A stretch of 64,000 nt of DNA, taken from the NCBI GenBank assembly GCA_963799845.1, contig CAWCYI010000004.1, positions 1,696,001 through 1,760,000 on the forward strand. Direction: 5' to 3'. Positions 63,559 through 64,000 of the stretch are shown piece after piece. Position 1 is the stretch's first letter. Every line of letters begins with the position of its first letter. This stretch comes from an uncultured Nitrososphaerota archaeon. GTDB lineage: Archaea; Thermoproteota; Nitrososphaeria; Nitrososphaerales; CADDZS01. Position numbers and translations under genes: made by a program. The notes under the pieces were generated by a model, which made no database searches, was not told where the DNA came from, and worked only from the letters and a program-made list of their open reading frames with translations.

Positions 63559-63966
63559 CTACTTGTTACCCTTTCTTTTCTTGGAAACTGGTTTCCGACT
63601 CGTTCGGATCTTTGTTGGTCGGATATGAACTCGCTTTTTGTATTTCGGCTGATACAATTCTACTTCCAATTCTCCTGGCATCTGAAAATGGGTCAATAAT
63701 CCCCAGCCTTGATCTGTGATTTCCGTTGTGAAGTGGACTCCTCGGGTCTTCAACTCTCCAACCGTCTTGTGAATGTCATCGCAGTAGAAAGAGATCGAAT
63801 GGGACACACTGTCAGATGGATGAGCTGCAAGGTCTGCCTCCGGCATGTCAAAGATTAGCCAGCCCTCGCCCGTATCAGTGTAAGTAAAACCCAGCTTGTC
63901 GCGTATGAATTCGCGCACTTCATCGGCCTTGGGCGTATAGAATATGCCATGCAAACCCTTGATCAT
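63559..63966 (-). CDS. VOC/glyoxalase family protein
   Basis: GWLIF, SFYCDDI..TV.EL, DQGWG, ELYQP. Confidence 0.88.
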   Translation of the reverse strand: MIKGLHGIFYTPKADEVREFIRDKLGFTYTDTGEGWLIFDMPEADLAAHPSDSVSHSISFYCDDIHKTVGELKTRGVHFTTEITDQGWGLLTHFQMPGELEVELYQPKYKKRVHIRPTKIRTSRKPVSKKRKGNK

Positions 63967-64000
63967 TTTCTAATCACAGTAGTACAGGGAAGAGAAATAA

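Noticed and set aside
1-64000. Stop-codon reassignment (TAG/TGA readthrough) as the cause of split genes
   Set aside because: The breaks are frame changes, not in-frame stops, and complete genes end normally in TAG, TGA and TAA.

Overview
This is archaeal chromosomal DNA, most likely a non-ammonia-oxidising Nitrososphaerota-type organism. That is inferred from the divergent FtsZ/tubulin-like gene, a roadblock-like protein, the nurA-herA-mre11-rad50 operon, TATA-type promoters and frequent TTG/GTG starts. Most of the window is accessory metabolism and transport: four ABC exporter sets, three MFS, MMPL, an APC permease, gdhA, NAD-dependent formate dehydrogenase, M42 peptidase, a cyclase, a secreted phospholipase C and a GxGYxYP protein. 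One complete IS701-like element (12-bp TIRs, 5-bp TSD) splits an HTH regulator. The most unusual signals: (1) a family of palindromic AGAGCT-TGAAACG-AGCTCT elements, two of which bracket an 8.6-kb amino-acid catabolism block with arms swapped like attL/attR hybrids; (2) eight AGCT sites in helical phase, beside a candidate structured small RNA; (3) two tRNA-Leu-like 3' remnants bracketing a 5.9-kb PadR/ABC island; (4) three stand-alone B-box-like zinc-finger microproteins; (5) about eight apparent single-base insertions at TCAG/CTGA/CTAG motifs, probably a modification-linked sequencing artefact. No CRISPR array, rRNA or intact tRNA was seen. All family assignments come from motif recognition by eye, not database searches.
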